Source of the DNA: Lepidodermella squamata
Taxonomy: Eukaryota > Animalia > Gastrotricha
Length of the DNA stretch: 64,000 bases
NCBI GenBank assembly: GCA_047495785.1
Contig: JBLDXI010000008.1
Location: 13,987 to 77,986, forward strand
Direction: 5' to 3'
Numbering within the stretch: position 1 is the first letter of the stretch; each line of letters starts with the position of its first letter. A program made the translations under genes and the position numbers. The notes beneath the pieces were generated by a model that saw only the letters and a program-made list of their open reading frames with translations, was not told the DNA's origin and did not search any database. Below are positions 61,211 to 64,000 of the stretch, one piece after another.

Positions 61211-63565
61211 AATTTGCTTAAATTTACCTGATGGGCAAAATTAGCAGCCGATTACCTTTTTAATTATCATTTATCATCGAAAAAAATGTGCTAGATCTTT
61301 GAGTTACCATTTGCATCGAAAACACTCATAATTTTTTAATGGTCTAATTTCAGCGGCATGCATGCCCGAAATTTCAGAATTTATTCCTTGATAGCTTTAA
61401 TGAAAGTTTAGCGAAAATTCAGCTATTTATTATTAAAATTCCAGGGTTACGGGCGTTTCTCCGATTGATTTCCGAAATTTGTGTATAGATCACCGAAGGT
61501 CGCCCAGAAATTTTTTACAGGAACAATCCGATGAAACCAGATTAAGTTGATTGAAAAACCATAGACGTAATTTCCGATTAATTCCGATCGAGTTTTAGTC
61601 GCGGTTTCCTCAGTTGTCTTGTTTGTTTCCCCGGTAAATCATTGAGAACAGGTACTGAAGGCTATTATGCGTCAGTATTAGGAAAATGAGTTTATTCCGA
61701 ATTTATCAATTGAGAAAAATCGCCGGTAGAGGTATGGCATGCCGCTGTCTTTGCTATGAATTTTTCAAATTTTTCCACCAGTCCAAAAAATTAATCTAAC
61801 CCGTCAAAAATCAAATATTCTGTGAACGAAGGCTTCTCATTTCGCTGGCTGTGGTACCCCTTTTTCAAGTTTTTTTCAAGTTTACCGCCCTCTCAATAAA
61901 ATAGACCGGGTCCAAAATCAGGAAAATTCGTGAATAAAGACATCCTCATTCGATCCTCTCGCTATCAATTTTTCACTTTTTTCCGCCCGCTCAGAAATAT
62001 AAATATGAACTTCAAATAATCGGGAATAATTTACGGATTTTATGCTCACCTTTTTGCGGTCAATTTTCCCCTAATAATATGTTTTCAGTGTTAAATGCCA
62101 ACTTTCTGAACGCCTTGAAATCGAATTGTATTGTTATGAATTGAGACCGACTATTTTGGACACCCTAAACTCCATTTTTCCCTATGTTACTCAGGATAAA
62201 TAACCCGCGATTATTCTAAATAGTTTTCTGATATTTAGCAATTCGGAATTGTTGTAATTTTTATCCTAAATAACCGGCCGTGCTAAATAGCGAACTTTTT
62301 TTTATAGTGAAGCTTTTTCCCGGTTTTCCCTGGTAAATTTTGTTATTTCTTCGGTGAAATTACGGATCAAGGACGTGGCTGGGGGTTAATGAGAGGTCGA
62401 ATAATTTAGAAAAATGTTCACATTTCCTGCGAAACTTTGAAATATTAGAAAGCTACCAACTTCGCTATGAAAAAAGCCGTGAAGAGCTGCATACCTTAAT
62501 TAGATCTTAGATGAAATCGAACTATTTTTTTCCGCTCGCTGTTTTTTTTTAATAAGACATGAGTTCAGATGCCATCTAAGGTAGATTTTATACAATTTGA
62601 AGACCTAATGTTAGCCTTGGAGCATCGATACTCTGTCTACAATCACTTTAAATTAAGAACTTTCTGTGTTGATTTTTCCAATTTATTGTTTTTCATCGTT
62701 CTTTATAGATGGCGGGTCGCTATCCGACGCCGTTGAAAATTGGGACTTGTCCACCTCAACATCGTTGCCATCTAGAGTGGGCACAAATCGGCGAAGTGGG
62801 CACAAATCGCAGTGTGGCCTAGCAACGCAAAAGCGGAAGCAGGCCCCTATGTCCGCAAGTTTTCTGCTCAGCCGGATTTGAAATCGAATGGCGACACGAT
62901 CAAGATTCTGGCTGTGATATCAGACGCCAATTTTCGTCGGCATCGATCAATGACCCATCGGTAATTATTTCCTCTGTTTTTTTCAGGCTTCTTGAATTTG
63001 AAAATTTTCATTTTGAATTTTCAAAAATTGCAAATTTGAAACAAATCGGTATTTCATTTTGTCATCGCTCGGTCGTTTTTAGGACACATTTCGAGAAAGG
63101 TGATCACTAATAATTAGCCTTAGAATTAGAATAATTGGAAGGTTTCGAGAATTTTTCCTTTAGAATTTTAGAATCATATAGGCATGGCGTTAAACACCTT
63201 TTCCCGTGAGTAGACAGTCTATACTAATATTATGTCGTATGTAAAGAATTGATGAACGTCGAAAAATAATCTAGCCGCAATTAAATAATTCAGACCCATG
63301 AATATTTTTTTCCCGGGTAGATTGGCTTGATCGGTTTACTTTCATTGGCACAAGTTCCCTAAAAATTGATATTCCCATTCAAGTGATGAATTATGACTGA
63401 CAAAAATTGAATGAAAGACTGATCATAATTTTTCGGCTAACATGAGAGGTCTCAAATTTTACAATGTCCACAACGTTGAACGAAATTCCGGCTTCTTTGC
63501 GAGATATTTATGAAAATTTTCGTATGGGCCTCCACCTTCTCATTACATCGCGAAAAAGCCAAGTC

Positions 63566-64000
63566 ATAATAATATAATAATAATAATGTTTTTATTTATC
63601 CTCTTCGGGACTGAGCGTCGTGTACCGTTTCCGGTTTTGAAGAGGGCGAAGGCAGGCGAAGAATGATCCTCACCCACCCCCACAGTCGAGGATTCTGCTT
63701 TTTGTATAGAATTCGTAATTTTCAATCGAGTTAACAACCATGCGCCATTCATCTTTTTCAAAAGAAACCGATTCCGCTAGTTGGACATCGGGAATAATTT
63801 TGATCTCAAAATCCTTTTCGCCGGGATTTTTTCTGTTTTCTCGTTTCTTGGTGGCTTTATTTTTCTTATCCTTGACCTTATTGTTCTTATTGGTTTTCTT
63901 TTTCCGGCGAATTTCCTTAGTAAGACCTACTTTAATTAAGCTTCTATGCACTCCGTTGATCCATCTGGTTCGAGGTCTACCTCTGGGTGCAAACCACCCA
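63566..64000 (-). mobile_element. RTE-clade LINE 3' end (continues beyond the right edge)
   Basis: Minus strand reads RGRPRTRWINGV...SFEKDEWRMVV* (RTE ORF C-terminal GRP..RW and W+..V motifs), then a short 3' UTR and (TTA)n tail. Confidence 0.8.

Overview
Eukaryotic genomic DNA from an invertebrate animal with compact introns (mostly ~50-70 nt, GT-AG, often TTTTCAG acceptors). I found no prokaryotic operons, CRISPR arrays, rRNA or credible tRNA genes, and most entries in the ORF track are exon fragments or antisense noise. 1-10.2 kb is transposon-rich: a CCHC gag-like ORF running off the window, hAT MITEs with 8-bp TSDs, a CR1/L2 3' end, a Buster-type hAT transposase fragment, a long-TIR element and a likely P-element excision footprint, plus an ankyrin gene. 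11-50 kb is gene-dense. Manual splicing gives a secreted double-knottin (2x ICK) peptide, two orphan GABA-B-like class C GPCRs, a STELLO/DUF288-like glycosyltransferase, a CEPT/EPT-family phosphotransferase, a pair of small CCC-motif membrane proteins and a second novel 14-Cys secreted protein. It also gives an apparently catalytically dead astacin-EGF-CUB-kringle-3xC-type lectin protein, two NEK-like kinase-SAM paralogues (one with ankyrin repeats) and, head-to-head with them, an apparently extracellular ankyrin-CCP-ankyrin-mucin-LDLa protein. 50-64 kb is AT-rich, with MITEs, RTE LINE ends and decayed duplicated exons. The most notable candidates are the clamped double knottin, the extracellular ankyrin mosaic protein with its neighbouring kinase pair, and the pseudo-astacin lectin. 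All gene models were spliced and translated by eye and need RNA-seq confirmation.
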